From: Nitrosopumilus sp.
GTDB lineage: Archaea; Thermoproteota; Nitrososphaeria; Nitrososphaerales; Nitrosopumilaceae
Direction of reading: 5' to 3'
Assembly (NCBI GenBank): GCA_965249555.1
Contig: OZ252243.1
Span: 608,001-672,000, forward strand
Length of the DNA: 64,000 nucleotides
The notes below the pieces were generated by a model that saw nothing but the letters and a program-made list of their open reading frames with translations, searched no databases and was not told where the DNA came from. Below, piece after piece: positions 52,551 through 62,711 of this stretch; position 1 is the stretch's first letter, and every line of letters starts with the position of its first letter. Both the position numbers and the translations under genes were made by a program.

Positions 52551-53669
52551 ATGAATAATTCATTGGAATTAAAACAGAATCAACAAGAATCTACGAAATC
52601 GACAACTCAACAAATTCCTAAAGGTAAAAAGATCATAAGATATTCATTGAATCAATCTCTAAAGATCGCAAAATCAATAGAAGACAACAATGCTGGAAAT
52701 CCATATAATCGAATAGATCTATGCAAATCATTAGAATTAAGTCCAAATGGATCCGTCTTTCGAACATTACTTGTTGCATCTAATAGGTATGGTTTAACAA
52801 AAGGTAACTATAATGCAGATAAAATTGAATTAACTGAATTAGGAAGTTCCATAGTTGCACCAATTGATGATGAGAATCAACTACAAGCAATTAAACAAGT
52901 TCTGAAAACCAACATATTGGGAGAAATAATTGATCATTATAACAATAAACAAATTCCAAGAGTTGAATTACTCAAAAATACATTAAAAAAAGAATTCCAT
53001 GTTGAACATGATGATGTAGATTTATGCTATAATGTTTTTATGTCTAATGCAAAAGAATATAACTTAATTCAGAAAATTAAAGGAAAACAATATCTTAAAT
53101 TTGATGTTTCGATTAAACTACAAAATCCAGAAGAAAAATTTGAATCATTAGAGCAATTAGAAAAAGAAGAAACAATAACAAATGATAATATTGCAATTAT
53201 ACCAACAACAGTAACAACTACATCTAAAGTATTTCTTTCTCACAGTAAGAATATGACAATATTGGATCAGATAAAAAAAGTCCTAACATTTGGAAATTTT
53301 GAATTTGAAATTGCAGTAGAAGAAGAAACAACAGCAATTCCAATACCTGAAAAAATATTTGGTTTAATGCGTAAATGTAACTGTGCCATCATAAATGTCA
53401 GTGCAGATGAACAGGAAAAAAGAGAAGATGGAAGTTATGGTATAAATCAGAATGTACTAATTGAAATTGGAGCTGCATTTTTGCAATACAATAAAAAAGT
53501 TATTTTGTTAGTAGATAAAAGAGTAAAGTTACCTAGTAATCTACAAGGATTGTATAAATCAGAATATGAGGGTGAAGAATTAAGCTGGGATACGGGTATG
53601 AAACTTCAAGAAGCGTTATCAAGTTTTCGTCAATCTGGATATGTGGAATCAAAAAGTTCTAGTCAATAA
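52551..53669 (+). CDS. Protein with C-terminal TIR-like nucleotide-binding domain and N-terminal HTH-like region
   Basis: KVFLSHSK, NQNVLIEIG and LPSNLQGL motifs; start uncertain. Confidence 0.8.
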   Translation: MNNSLELKQNQQESTKSTTQQIPKGKKIIRYSLNQSLKIAKSIEDNNAGNPYNRIDLCKSLELSPNGSVFRTLLVASNRYGLTKGNYNADKIELTELGSSIVAPIDDENQLQAIKQVLKTNILGEIIDHYNNKQIPRVELLKNTLKKEFHVEHDDVDLCYNVFMSNAKEYNLIQKIKGKQYLKFDVSIKLQNPEEKFESLEQLEKEETITNDNIAIIPTTVTTTSKVFLSHSKNMTILDQIKKVLTFGNFEFEIAVEEETTAIPIPEKIFGLMRKCNCAIINVSADEQEKREDGSYGINQNVLIEIGAAFLQYNKKVILLVDKRVKLPSNLQGLYKSEYEGEELSWDTGMKLQEALSSFRQSGYVESKSSSQ

Positions 53670-53863
53670 AATAATAACTAGAATTCATAATTAATTCCTA
53701 ACTTTACAACTAAACTCCTAACCATAATACCATAAAAACCCAAGATACCTATGATTTGATCAACCCTCGCTTATCTTAACACTGGTTTGAATTGATTGAA
53801 AACCTTCGTCAAGTTACCAGTGTATTATCAATTGTATTATAACAGGGTGCCGTGTATGGTACA

Positions 53864-54112
53864 ATGACGTATAAGAACGTAAAAACAGTACCGTTTGCTT
53901 CACTGATTGCTGCAATGATCCTGCCATTCTCTGGCATGAATTTTGCAGAGGCAGAAATAGATGAAATAAAATACAGTAAATCAGAGATTGACAAATCATT
54001 TAAAAATTCAGAAGGTTATGTCAGTTTTGAGAAACAAGATAATCAAATGAAAGTAGATGTGAGTGAAATGATCAAAAATGATCTAGATATGAAAGATATC
54101 AGAATCATGGAA
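53864..54112 (+). pseudogene. Truncated secreted-protein gene
   Basis: Leader MTYKNVKTVPFASLIAAMILPFSGMNFAEA; runs into an inverted fragment of the 61906 gene. Confidence 0.6.
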
Positions 54113-54113
54113 T

Positions 54114-54308
54114 TTAGGTATTTGCGTTTTGCCATATCCCAAGTGAGCTTGTCCCATGTGTAAACAAAATATGCAGTAAATTGTGAATGTTTTTTTGGTG
54201 CTTTGATTTTGTTTTATTGGTATAACCGTACAATTTGTGGGCTGCAGACCTTACATATGTTTTGTAAGATAATAAATTGCCATAAATTTGTTTATTATTT
54301 TGAGGCAT
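54114..54308 (-). pseudogene. 5' fragment of a paralog of the 61906-62709 gene
   Basis: Near-identical peptide MPQNNK..YGNLLSYK...HNLLHILFTHGTSS. Confidence 0.85.
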
Positions 54309-55404
54309 ACCGCAAGTCATTATCAATTGTATTATAACAGAGTGCCGTATATAGTATAGGCAGTCTAGCCAAGGTAAACCTCCTGCAAGATTTTTACTTG
54401 GTTGGACTTTTGCCTTTGGAATTTAAAATAAATTACTTGCTAGTTTTTTTAATGACAGGATCTCTTCTTCCTGTCTGATTTTTTTATCAATTACACAAAG
54501 CATTGCATCATTCCAAACATGTTGTGAGAAAAAATTATGTTTGGTATTGGCTAATTCAATCTCATCATCCACTACCGTATCTTCAAGAAATTTAGTTACA
54601 ATTACGTCTTCATCTACAGATTATGACGACTTGAAATCATTATTGCATTATGATCCTGCCAATACAAATATTGTCACGGGTAACGGCCCTGATGAGTTAA
54701 TGTGGAATCTACTACAAACTGCAGAAATTATCTTAGATGGAAGTGAAAGCGATGACAAAGATAATGGGAATCTAAAATTCTTTTGTCGTATTATATAGCC
54801 TGGAATGTTTAGCTATATTCAAAGTTCTGGAATGGAAGAGATGTCAATGATTGTGTATTTGGTAGGCCAAATATTTTCTCCCCAGAGAAGATCTATATTA
54901 TTCCTCGATAATGTTACAGGCATCTTTGACACTTGTTATTCGCATATTTACTAAGTTTCTTCATCTGTTGATTCAACATGATGATAATTCTTATTTGTAG
55001 GAATAAGCATTATGGATTTTATCCTTTCTAATGTATAACATGTTGATTTGTATATTCCATTATCCATTTGAAACCATACTGAATTAATTTAGAGAAATCG
55101 TAATTTAACATCGGATGCAATAGGGGCCAGAAATCTAAAGAAAAATATCCCTACATATCATTTGTCATAAAAGTTCCTAAAACAACCATCATGTTGCTGT
55201 TTTGTCTTCAATATTGCAAAAAATATTCAAACATCACTTTACAATGATCCAAATAACTACCATCTCACAGCTTTGGTTGTATAGCATTCCAACTGCATTA
55301 ATTTCAGATTTCTATGATTTCCTTTACGAACAATCCCTTTGGAATGACAATTATGAAAACATTACATATCACATTATTATAAATTAACAATATTTAATAA
55401 ATAA

Positions 55405-56292
55405 GTGATATGTAGTATATTCATGGTAAGTATAGTAAAAGAGGGAGGATTTTACTATATGAAACATCACACTAGAGACAAAGAAAAGAGAAGATATCTA
55501 GGCAAAACCATACCAAAGGATATCGAGCAACAAAAAAAGACGTTTCTCAAGGAATTTTACTGTAAAGTGTGGGATGGTAAAACACGAAAAATTATCGCAA
55601 GTTACAAAAAAGACACAGTGGGAATTCCACGATCAATAAAACTAAAAAATTTTGAGAGTTTTGCAATATCATTTACATACAACACGCAAAGAATAGAGGG
55701 TTCAAGTCTCACTCGTGCAGACACAATAAACTTGCTAGTACATGGTGTCACTTCTGCAAAAAAATCAAAGATAGATGCCATTGAGACTCTGAAACACTAT
55801 GAGCTATTTATCAGACTAGTAACATCAAAGAAGCTTGAAAGAATCAGAAAAAAAGATGTCCTAAAATGGCACAGAGAAATATTTGATCAAACAAAAATTG
55901 GAGAAGCTGGGGATATCAGACATCACAGGGTAGGAGTAATAACTAGTAACGAGGTAGAATTTACGCCAGTTCCACAGATACCAAAAAAACTAAAAGAATT
56001 TTTTGATTGGCTAAACAGATATGATAAAAAGGCAAATCCTGTAGAATTTGCAGCCCTCACTCATTACAAGCTTGTCTCAATTCACCCCTTTGCTGATGGA
56101 AATGGCAGGATCTCAAGACTAGTCATGAATTATGTTTTATTCAAATATGATTGTCCACTTGTGCAGATTGAAAGCAGGGACAAGAGGTCATATTTCAAGT
56201 CATTAGAAAAATCCCAGACAAACAATAATGAGATGTATTTTCTAAAGTGGTTTATGAAATATTATATCAAATCCAACAAGAGATATCTATAA
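55405..56292 (+). CDS. Fic-domain protein
   Basis: HPFADGNGRISR catalytic motif; YNTQRIEGS inhibitory helix. Confidence 0.93.
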   Translation: MICSIFMVSIVKEGGFYYMKHHTRDKEKRRYLGKTIPKDIEQQKKTFLKEFYCKVWDGKTRKIIASYKKDTVGIPRSIKLKNFESFAISFTYNTQRIEGSSLTRADTINLLVHGVTSAKKSKIDAIETLKHYELFIRLVTSKKLERIRKKDVLKWHREIFDQTKIGEAGDIRHHRVGVITSNEVEFTPVPQIPKKLKEFFDWLNRYDKKANPVEFAALTHYKLVSIHPFADGNGRISRLVMNYVLFKYDCPLVQIESRDKRSYFKSLEKSQTNNNEMYFLKWFMKYYIKSNKRYL

Positions 56293-56506
56293 AAAAACTA
56301 ATTTACTATCTACGCCAGTTGTCTGCATCTGAGATACTTTCAAATTGATTCTTTTAAAAACCTGACAAACAAAACCCTCAGAACAACCAAAACAATTGAG
56401 TGCCAGCCACAGAAAAGATTTAGAATATTATCTAGAAAATTTTCCCAATTTTTTTCTTAGTTTATTCAACGTTGCTTATCATATGTAGTAATTATTGAAA
56501 TGTACA

Positions 56507-56645
56507 CTCTCATACGAAACCGTCTCCAACCCTACTGCGACTAAGTGTGTTTTGCTGAATCACGACATCTGGGATATGCATCTTATACTTTCGTTGTGTC
56601 AGTTCATGATTTTGTATACGATACACTTTCAGAGTTTGTTAGTAT
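56507..56645 (-). mobile_element. Solo copy of the IS110 3' end
   Basis: Similar to 39103-39251, e.g. GCATCTTATACTTTCGTTGTGTCAGTTCATGATTTTGT. Confidence 0.85.
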
Positions 56646-56918
56646 GATGCATTTAGATAAAAAAAGTCCGTATCCACATCAGCCCCTGATTACCCATCAC
56701 GGATGGTCCAAGGGATTCAAATACGGCAATATACCATAGTATAAGATAACATAAGATAGTATCGGTTTGCGATATTTATTCTCTAAAGGCAATTATTCAT
56801 GTTTGTGCCTAAATTATATCTTCAATAACATGTGATTTTGTCAAACCTATAAAATTAACGATCATGTGGAATCTTGTGTGAAAGAAAAATGAAAAGAATA
56901 GTAAAAATGGCATGCTAC

Positions 56919-57025
56919 AACTATGAGCAGGCAACAACACGGAAGAAAGATGCCTAAATCAAGTTCAAGTTCTAGTTACCGTTCATCTAGTAACTATGAC
57001 CAGGCAACAACACGGAAGAAAGGTG
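56919..57025. repeat. 34-bp imperfect direct duplication with 73-bp period
   Basis: AACTATGA(G/C)CAGGCAACAACACGGAAGAAAG(A/G)TG at 56919 and 56992. Confidence 0.88.
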
Positions 57026-57135
57026 AGATAATCAGGTGCACAAAATGCCGGTTCTGTGAAGTTATCGTGACCTGAAATATGGATCTTCTAAGGATTCTGC
57101 TAACTAATTTTTATAACTGGTTATTCAATCAAAAA

Positions 57136-57243
57136 CATGAATCTCTGCTTACAGAGCCGCCCCATTGAAGAATTAACTATGTGTGTTACAAAATACAAAA
57201 ATTAGAAATTTCTGAAAGTTTCTACTTTCAGCCCCATTACCGA
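57136..57243 (+). CRISPR. Mini-array (one spacer) related to the type I-G repeat
   Basis: ...GCCCCATTGAAGA, 36-nt spacer, then ATTTCTGAAAGTTTCTACTTTCAGCCCCATT with two compensatory stem pairs. Confidence 0.8.
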
Positions 57244-57247
57244 ACAT

Positions 57248-57340
57248 ACATACTTAATGAATCTATCATAACAAGGATTGAAACTTTGTAGTGAGTTGTA
57301 GAGAATCCAATTTGGAAATCCACTAAAACAAGGATATAAC
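57248..57340 (+). CRISPR. Second mini-array, from a different (...ACAAGGATTGAAAC) repeat family
   Basis: ATCTATCATAACAAGGATTGAAAC, ~20-nt spacer, ATCCACTAAAACAAGGATATAAC. Confidence 0.7.
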
Positions 57341-57424
57341 ATCTCACTACAAACAAATTATTTTCTTGTGCCTGTCAACAAAATCAAGAAATATTTAATA
57401 AAGTAGTTCAATGTTAATTTGAGT

Positions 57425-57538
57425 ATGACAAAAGAAAACACACCAGATTGGAATGATGAAGACCTTGCCAAATGCACAAAATATGATGATGATGTTAAAG
57501 CAGGTACAATGACCTATAGAAGCATAGAGATAAATTAA
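57425..57538 (+). CDS. Small acidic protein (37 aa), putative antitoxin
   Basis: MTKENTPDWNDEDLAKCTKYDDDVKAGTMTYRSIEIN; TATA ~25 nt upstream; precedes the RelE-like ORF. Confidence 0.55.
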   Translation: MTKENTPDWNDEDLAKCTKYDDDVKAGTMTYRSIEIN

Positions 57539-57558
57539 ATCAATTTCTCTCTTTTTTT

Positions 57559-57825
57559 ATGAAAATTTCTAAAATTAAATACAGTAAACAGTTTGATAAA
57601 TTTTTAGAGAATCTGAATGATAAAACTCGTGCAGAACAAATTACTACTGCACTTGAAAACTATGCAAAAGATCCAAATGAATTACCTAGACCAAAAGATT
57701 GCAAACATTATGCAAATAGAGAAAAAGTTGCAATACCTGATGCAAGTGTTGTCGTTTTTTATGATAATTTTGGGAGTTATTGGATTATGATTGATGGTTC
57801 TGAATTTACTCAACGAGTAACTTAG
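57559..57825 (+). CDS. RelE/ParE-like protein
   Basis: IKYSKQFDKFLENL...EQI..AL....DP size and pattern; divergent C-terminal half. Confidence 0.55.
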   Translation: MKISKIKYSKQFDKFLENLNDKTRAEQITTALENYAKDPNELPRPKDCKHYANREKVAIPDASVVVFYDNFGSYWIMIDGSEFTQRVT

Positions 57826-57838
57826 TTACTTGTATTGA

Positions 57839-58009
57839 TTAATCCTTAGTTACAACAATTCCTTTACCACGAATGACAAACTTTATCCTTTCAGGATCTT
57901 TGAGAAGTTCTATTATTGGTTTTGGTACTCTGCATATTTTACTGTTAGCTCCATCAAATGTAAGTTTTACAGAAAACTCTCTCTGATCTTTTTTCCATCT
58001 TGGCAACAT
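57839..58009 (-). CDS. Small AbrB-like DNA-binding protein divergent from the transposase
   Basis: MLPRWKKDQREFSVKL...CRVPKPIIELL...IKFVI; ATACGTACG twice in the shared intergenic region. Confidence 0.7.
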   Translation of the reverse strand: MLPRWKKDQREFSVKLTFDGANSKICRVPKPIIELLKDPERIKFVIRGKGIVVTKD

Positions 58010-58090
58010 ACAAAATTATCTTTACATGTATAAAAATCATACGTACGCTAATAAGTTATGTATAAATATACGTACGTGTAATATAATTAC

Positions 58091-59215
58091 ATGAACCCAA
58101 GAACTCAAAGAGCCCAACAGATGATGAAAAATCCAGACTGTGCAGTACAATTCACTCCTGACAAATTCAGTGTAAGATCACAAAGCATTCCACAAATTCA
58201 TTATATCATATCAAAGACTGACAACGGATTAATCTGTGACTGTCCAGATCACACCAAAAGAAAATCAGACTGCAAACATATCAAGATTGTATTGGAGCTA
58301 ATTAAGAAAAATCAAGGTGATGTCCAAGAGTTTAGAATGATGGATAGATCACTACTCAAATTATGCAAATACTGTGATTCAGGCAGATTGATCAAAAAAG
58401 GAATCAAAAAAAACAAGAAAGGAAATACCCAGCAATACAAATGCCAAGATTGTAAAAAGAGATTCACCTTGAATCTTGGCTTTGAGAAGATGAGATATGA
58501 TTCAACTCTAATCACTAGAGCCTTGCAGTTGTACTTTGCAGGAATGAGTGTAAGAGATATTGCAGATGCTTTTGAGCAGGAGGACATCAAAGTATCTTAT
58601 AGGGCAGTCTACGGATGAGTTGAAAAATACTCCAAGATGACCAGTAATTATCTCAAGGGTATAGTACCAAGAGTATCTGAAACTTGGAGAACAGATGAAA
58701 TCTTTATGAAGATAAAAGGCAATATGAAACTACAGTATTCAATGCTTGACCACTCCACTAGATTTATGATCACTCAATATGTGGTAAACACAAAAGGCAC
58801 TGAAAACGTCACACCGATGTTTAGGGAAGCAATGATGATTGCAGACAAAATCCCAACTACTCTGATTTCTGATGGTGCAGCCAACTTTCACTAGGCATGG
58901 AAGGATAATTACAAGGCACGAAATTTCTTGTGGAAAGATACTAACCATATCAGACACATACACCTCAAGGGTGACAAAAATAATAACAGAATGGAAAGAT
59001 TGAATGGTACTATAAGAGACAGAGAAGTAGCATACAGGGGGATAAAGAAGATGAACAGTCCATTATTTGCAGGATTCCAAACATTCTATAATTTCTCAAA
59101 AAAGCATGGTGGCATAGGCAAGAAGACTTCAGCAGAATTAGCTGGTATTCTAGTAGATGGAAATAACAAGTGGAAAACTCTGATCCAAAACGCCTCACTT
59201 AGTCAATACCAATAA
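58091..59215 (+). pseudogene. IS6-family DDE transposase with SWIM and Zn-ribbon domains; two in-frame stops
   Basis: CDCPDH..CKH, WRTDE, LISDG and NNNRMERLNG motifs; three same-frame ORFs separated by TGA 58616 and TAG 58892. Confidence 0.9.
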
Positions 59216-59326
59216 TCATCATTTTAAGAATTTTAGAACTTGTAAATTTTATGTAGATTTTTCAATCCTTAGAAGATCGTGTTTTGTGTCTGGGTCACGA
59301 TAACTTCACAGAACCACAAATTCAAT

Positions 59327-60768
59327 GTATGTATCAACCTTCACGCACAAATCAATATCATTACACAAAAAGATCTAAGATCAACTAAATCATCATACAA
59401 AACATGTCAGGTTGTGGTCATGAGAAAATCATCATACAGCTACAAGCAGAGATAAAACAACTGCAAGAAAAGTTAAAACAACTACCGCTAATCATAGAAA
59501 ATCTCATAGAATCAAACAAGGAACTGCAAAAAAAGCTGTCATATTATGAGAATGCACACTCTCCGCCATCAAAGAATTCCCTTGAATGGAGAAAGCAAAA
59601 AAGACAACACAGACAGCCAGGCAAATCAAGACGTGGTGGAATAGCAGGACACGTTGGCAAGACACAGAAATTCAGACCAACTAGCACCAAACACCACAGA
59701 TCAGATGCATGTCCCAAATGCGGTAGTGAAAATATTCATCAAACCAAAACCTGCAAAAGGATAATGGTTGAGATTCCTCCACCAACACCCTACGGTATAA
59801 CTGAGCATGTTTTGAATCAATACATCTGCATGGACTGTTCTGATAATTTTCAAACCACGGGAAACCTTCCACTACATGGATGTTTTGATGGTTCAGTGAT
59901 ACGTGAGGTCGTCTCACTGTTCTCAAAGAGATTGACATACGATGCTATCAGAACCACACTCTATGAAAGATATGGATTAGAAATCAGCAATACAACCGTA
60001 CAATCCATTCTTCGCAACGGTAGTGTGATGTTAGAGTCATTTTACAATACAATCCACAGCGAAATCGTGACTGAAAATATTCTCGGAATCGATGAGACAG
60101 GATTTTCAATTGATGGAAATACTGGATGGATGTGGGTTGCAAGAAGCAAGACTAGTGCACAGTATGCCTTGGAGTACAGCAGAGGTGCCAATGTTCTAAA
60201 AAAGTACTGGAAGAAATTCAAAGGAACCCTAGTGTCTGACGGATATGCTCCGTACAGGACAGTATTTTGTGATAACACAAAGCAGAGATGCACCGCACAC
60301 CTGCAGCGCGATGCCAAATATCTGGCAATAAAATCACAGGACAAAAAGGCAAGGATTCTATACGAGAAACTCTCAGATATGCTAGGTCATGCCAGGGTTT
60401 GGAGTGTAGGTAATCGTCATACAAAACGGCGGGAAACGTACAGGGATGATTTACTAAAACAGCTAGACCGTATCATTGCACGATATTTGAAAGGTGATAT
60501 GGAGATGGTTCAGTTTGGCAAGAAGCTAAAGACTGCAAGGAACAGCATGTTTACGTTTGTCATGGATGGCGATGTCCCGTCAACTAACAATGATGCAGAG
60601 AATTCCATTCGAAAGTGCGTGATGCAGAGGAATGTTCGCGGGCAGATGAAGAGTGATCAGGGCATGAGGATGATCTCAGTCTTTCTCACATGCTTTGAGA
60701 CATGGAGAATAAGGGAATTGAACATGTTTTCTGAGATGGCAAAATACATCTAAGTGCTTGATACATAC
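59327..60768 (+). mobile_element. IS66-family (single-ORF, ISBst12-like) element
   Basis: 11-bp IR GTATGTATCAA; 8-bp TSD AATTCAAT at 59319-59326 and 60769-60776. Confidence 0.93.
59404..60753 (+). CDS. IS66 transposase
   Basis: NAHSPPS, IDETG, LVSDGY, QRCTAHLQR and TNNDAENSIR motifs. Confidence 0.95.
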   Translation: MSGCGHEKIIIQLQAEIKQLQEKLKQLPLIIENLIESNKELQKKLSYYENAHSPPSKNSLEWRKQKRQHRQPGKSRRGGIAGHVGKTQKFRPTSTKHHRSDACPKCGSENIHQTKTCKRIMVEIPPPTPYGITEHVLNQYICMDCSDNFQTTGNLPLHGCFDGSVIREVVSLFSKRLTYDAIRTTLYERYGLEISNTTVQSILRNGSVMLESFYNTIHSEIVTENILGIDETGFSIDGNTGWMWVARSKTSAQYALEYSRGANVLKKYWKKFKGTLVSDGYAPYRTVFCDNTKQRCTAHLQRDAKYLAIKSQDKKARILYEKLSDMLGHARVWSVGNRHTKRRETYRDDLLKQLDRIIARYLKGDMEMVQFGKKLKTARNSMFTFVMDGDVPSTNNDAENSIRKCVMQRNVRGQMKSDQGMRMISVFLTCFETWRIRELNMFSEMAKYI

Positions 60769-60871
60769 AATTCAATTAATTTAAATAAATCTCCAGGAAT
60801 CAATGTCGTTATCGCCATAATGATATTAATTTTTGGAAATTACAAGTCAACCGGGCATAACCATTGCAGAG

Positions 60872-61789
60872 ATGGAAGAAAAAAAGCACAAACCAATTCC
60901 AAATGATCAATCACAAAGCAAGTATGAAAACATGCCTGTTTGGCATAATCGAATGGATTTGATAGTAAATCTTGCCCGAGAACTGCAGCTTAGACAAAAA
61001 TACTGGGGGCCTCAAAGAACATCAGCTGATTTTTACAATATCATAGATCAAGAAATTAGTAAACTAGGAAAGAAAAAAATCATCGTAGATTGGAACAGAT
61101 CAAAACGCACGGGCACAATTAGACTGACAGATACAAATCAGACATTCCAGAAACCCACAGTAAGTTTAGACAAATCAAAGAAGAGTGTACTGCCTGACAG
61201 CATGGATCAAAATGATCCAAAAAAAATATTTGTGTCAATACTTGGAAATGGACGTAAAGACAACACATACAAGTTTGCCCTAGCTCGTGCCCTGTTAGAA
61301 TATTGTAAAGAAACATCATACGATGAGAATGACGCACATAGAGTAATACCATACGAATACCTTGCAGACAAATTCCTGAAATATTACTGGCATCAAGAAT
61401 GTAAATTCAAAATTAAACAAGATTTTAAGATTAAAAGTACGCCCAAAGTCATACAAGCAATACGTGATGTGTTTAATGATTCTGTGCCAGCTGATTTTGA
61501 TCTTGTTGATGAGGAACAGAAGAGTCTTGCCAAACGTACCATCTTAAAGACAGTTTTTGGTAATGAAAAATCAAAGACATCACTTGTTGTGCCAAGATTC
61601 CAAAAGATAGTGGAAGGCAGATATTCAAATCTAACAAAGGTGTTTTATGACTATGATGATGCTGCAAAAAGGATAGCTCTTTGCCCCGAAGCATTTAGAT
61701 TCTTCAAAGACAATAACAGTTTACTTTCGTTGGCAGTTCTCCTTTATCTGATTTTTCTGCATCAGCGTATGAATTATCTACCATACTAA
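60872..61789 (+). pseudogene. HNH-endonuclease-associated N-terminal domain, truncated
   Basis: NTYKFALARALL and KYYW motifs; 3' end collides with an inverted secreted-protein leader fragment. Confidence 0.6.
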
Positions 61790-61905
61790 ATGGTATAATC
61801 ATTGCAGCAATCAGTGGAGGCAAACGGTAACTGTCTTTGCGTTCTTGTACGTCATTGTATCGTATACAACACCTTGTTATAATACAGTTGATAATGATTT
61901 GCGGT

Positions 61906-62709
61906 ATGCCTCAAAATAATAAAGCAGTTTATGGCAATTTGCTATCTTACAAAGTATACGTAAGGCCTGCAGCCCACAAATTGTACGGTTATACCAACAA
62001 AACAAAATCAAAGCACCAAAAAAACATTCACAATTTACTGCATATCTTGTTTACACATGGGACAAGCTCCACTTGGGATATGGCAAAACGCAAATCACGC
62101 AAAATATCATTAATTCGAAAACAAGAAAAGATTTACAGGCGCCTACTGATTGGCAGAACCGATAGGGGCAGACATTCAGGGGGCATGTTGGATCTTGGCC
62201 TGGTAGTCAAAGAGCAAAGTGTACCACACACAAAGTACAGGCTGTCATTGTATGGCATACTATACTGCATTGATACGCAAGATCCCGCCAAAAAAGACAT
62301 TGACAGTATGGTAAAAAACTATGCATTTTTGATTCCCAAAATATTTGGCAACTGGGGCAGGGTAAAATCGGCATTAGGTGCTGATGCATACAGTTTGAGA
62401 ATACTATCTAAAGGCATTTATCTTAACAACACAAAGATGGCACGCAGCGACAACCCACTGTACGAGCTAATGTCATATGTCCACATAAAATATAAAAAAA
62501 ATTTCGAGTCTATTTTTGAGTATCAGCTAGCCGAGCAGATATCTTTTTGGTTTTACACATATTTACTGTATGAAAATTCTCAAAAACTAAAAAACATACT
62601 AGGCAAAGACGAGCAATTGCAAAATTGGTATATGGATTTTTTCAAGCAGGCAAAGGACCATTATACCAAGAGATTGCACACAATTAAAAATTCCAATATT
62701 TTAAAATAG
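61906..62709 (+). CDS. Hypothetical protein, possible wHTH regulator
   Basis: Long ORF; STWDMAK and YRLSLYG motifs; start at MPQNN. Confidence 0.7.
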   Translation: MPQNNKAVYGNLLSYKVYVRPAAHKLYGYTNKTKSKHQKNIHNLLHILFTHGTSSTWDMAKRKSRKISLIRKQEKIYRRLLIGRTDRGRHSGGMLDLGLVVKEQSVPHTKYRLSLYGILYCIDTQDPAKKDIDSMVKNYAFLIPKIFGNWGRVKSALGADAYSLRILSKGIYLNNTKMARSDNPLYELMSYVHIKYKKNFESIFEYQLAEQISFWFYTYLLYENSQKLKNILGKDEQLQNWYMDFFKQAKDHYTKRLHTIKNSNILK

Positions 62710-62711
62710 AC

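Larger units (their letters stand above)
57050..59315 (+). mobile_element. IS6-family element with passenger genes
   Basis: Perfect 23-bp terminal IRs GGTTCTGTGAAGTTATCGTGACC (57050-57072, 59293-59315); no TSD seen. Confidence 0.9.

Noticed and set aside
56821-56860. Possible target TTC-AATAACATGTG for the I-G mini-array spacer
   Set aside because: Needs a seed mismatch and a bulge
58091-59215. Stop-codon readthrough or recoding in the IS6 transposase
   Set aside because: Two different stops (TGA, TAG) in a region full of pseudogenes; nonsense mutations are simpler
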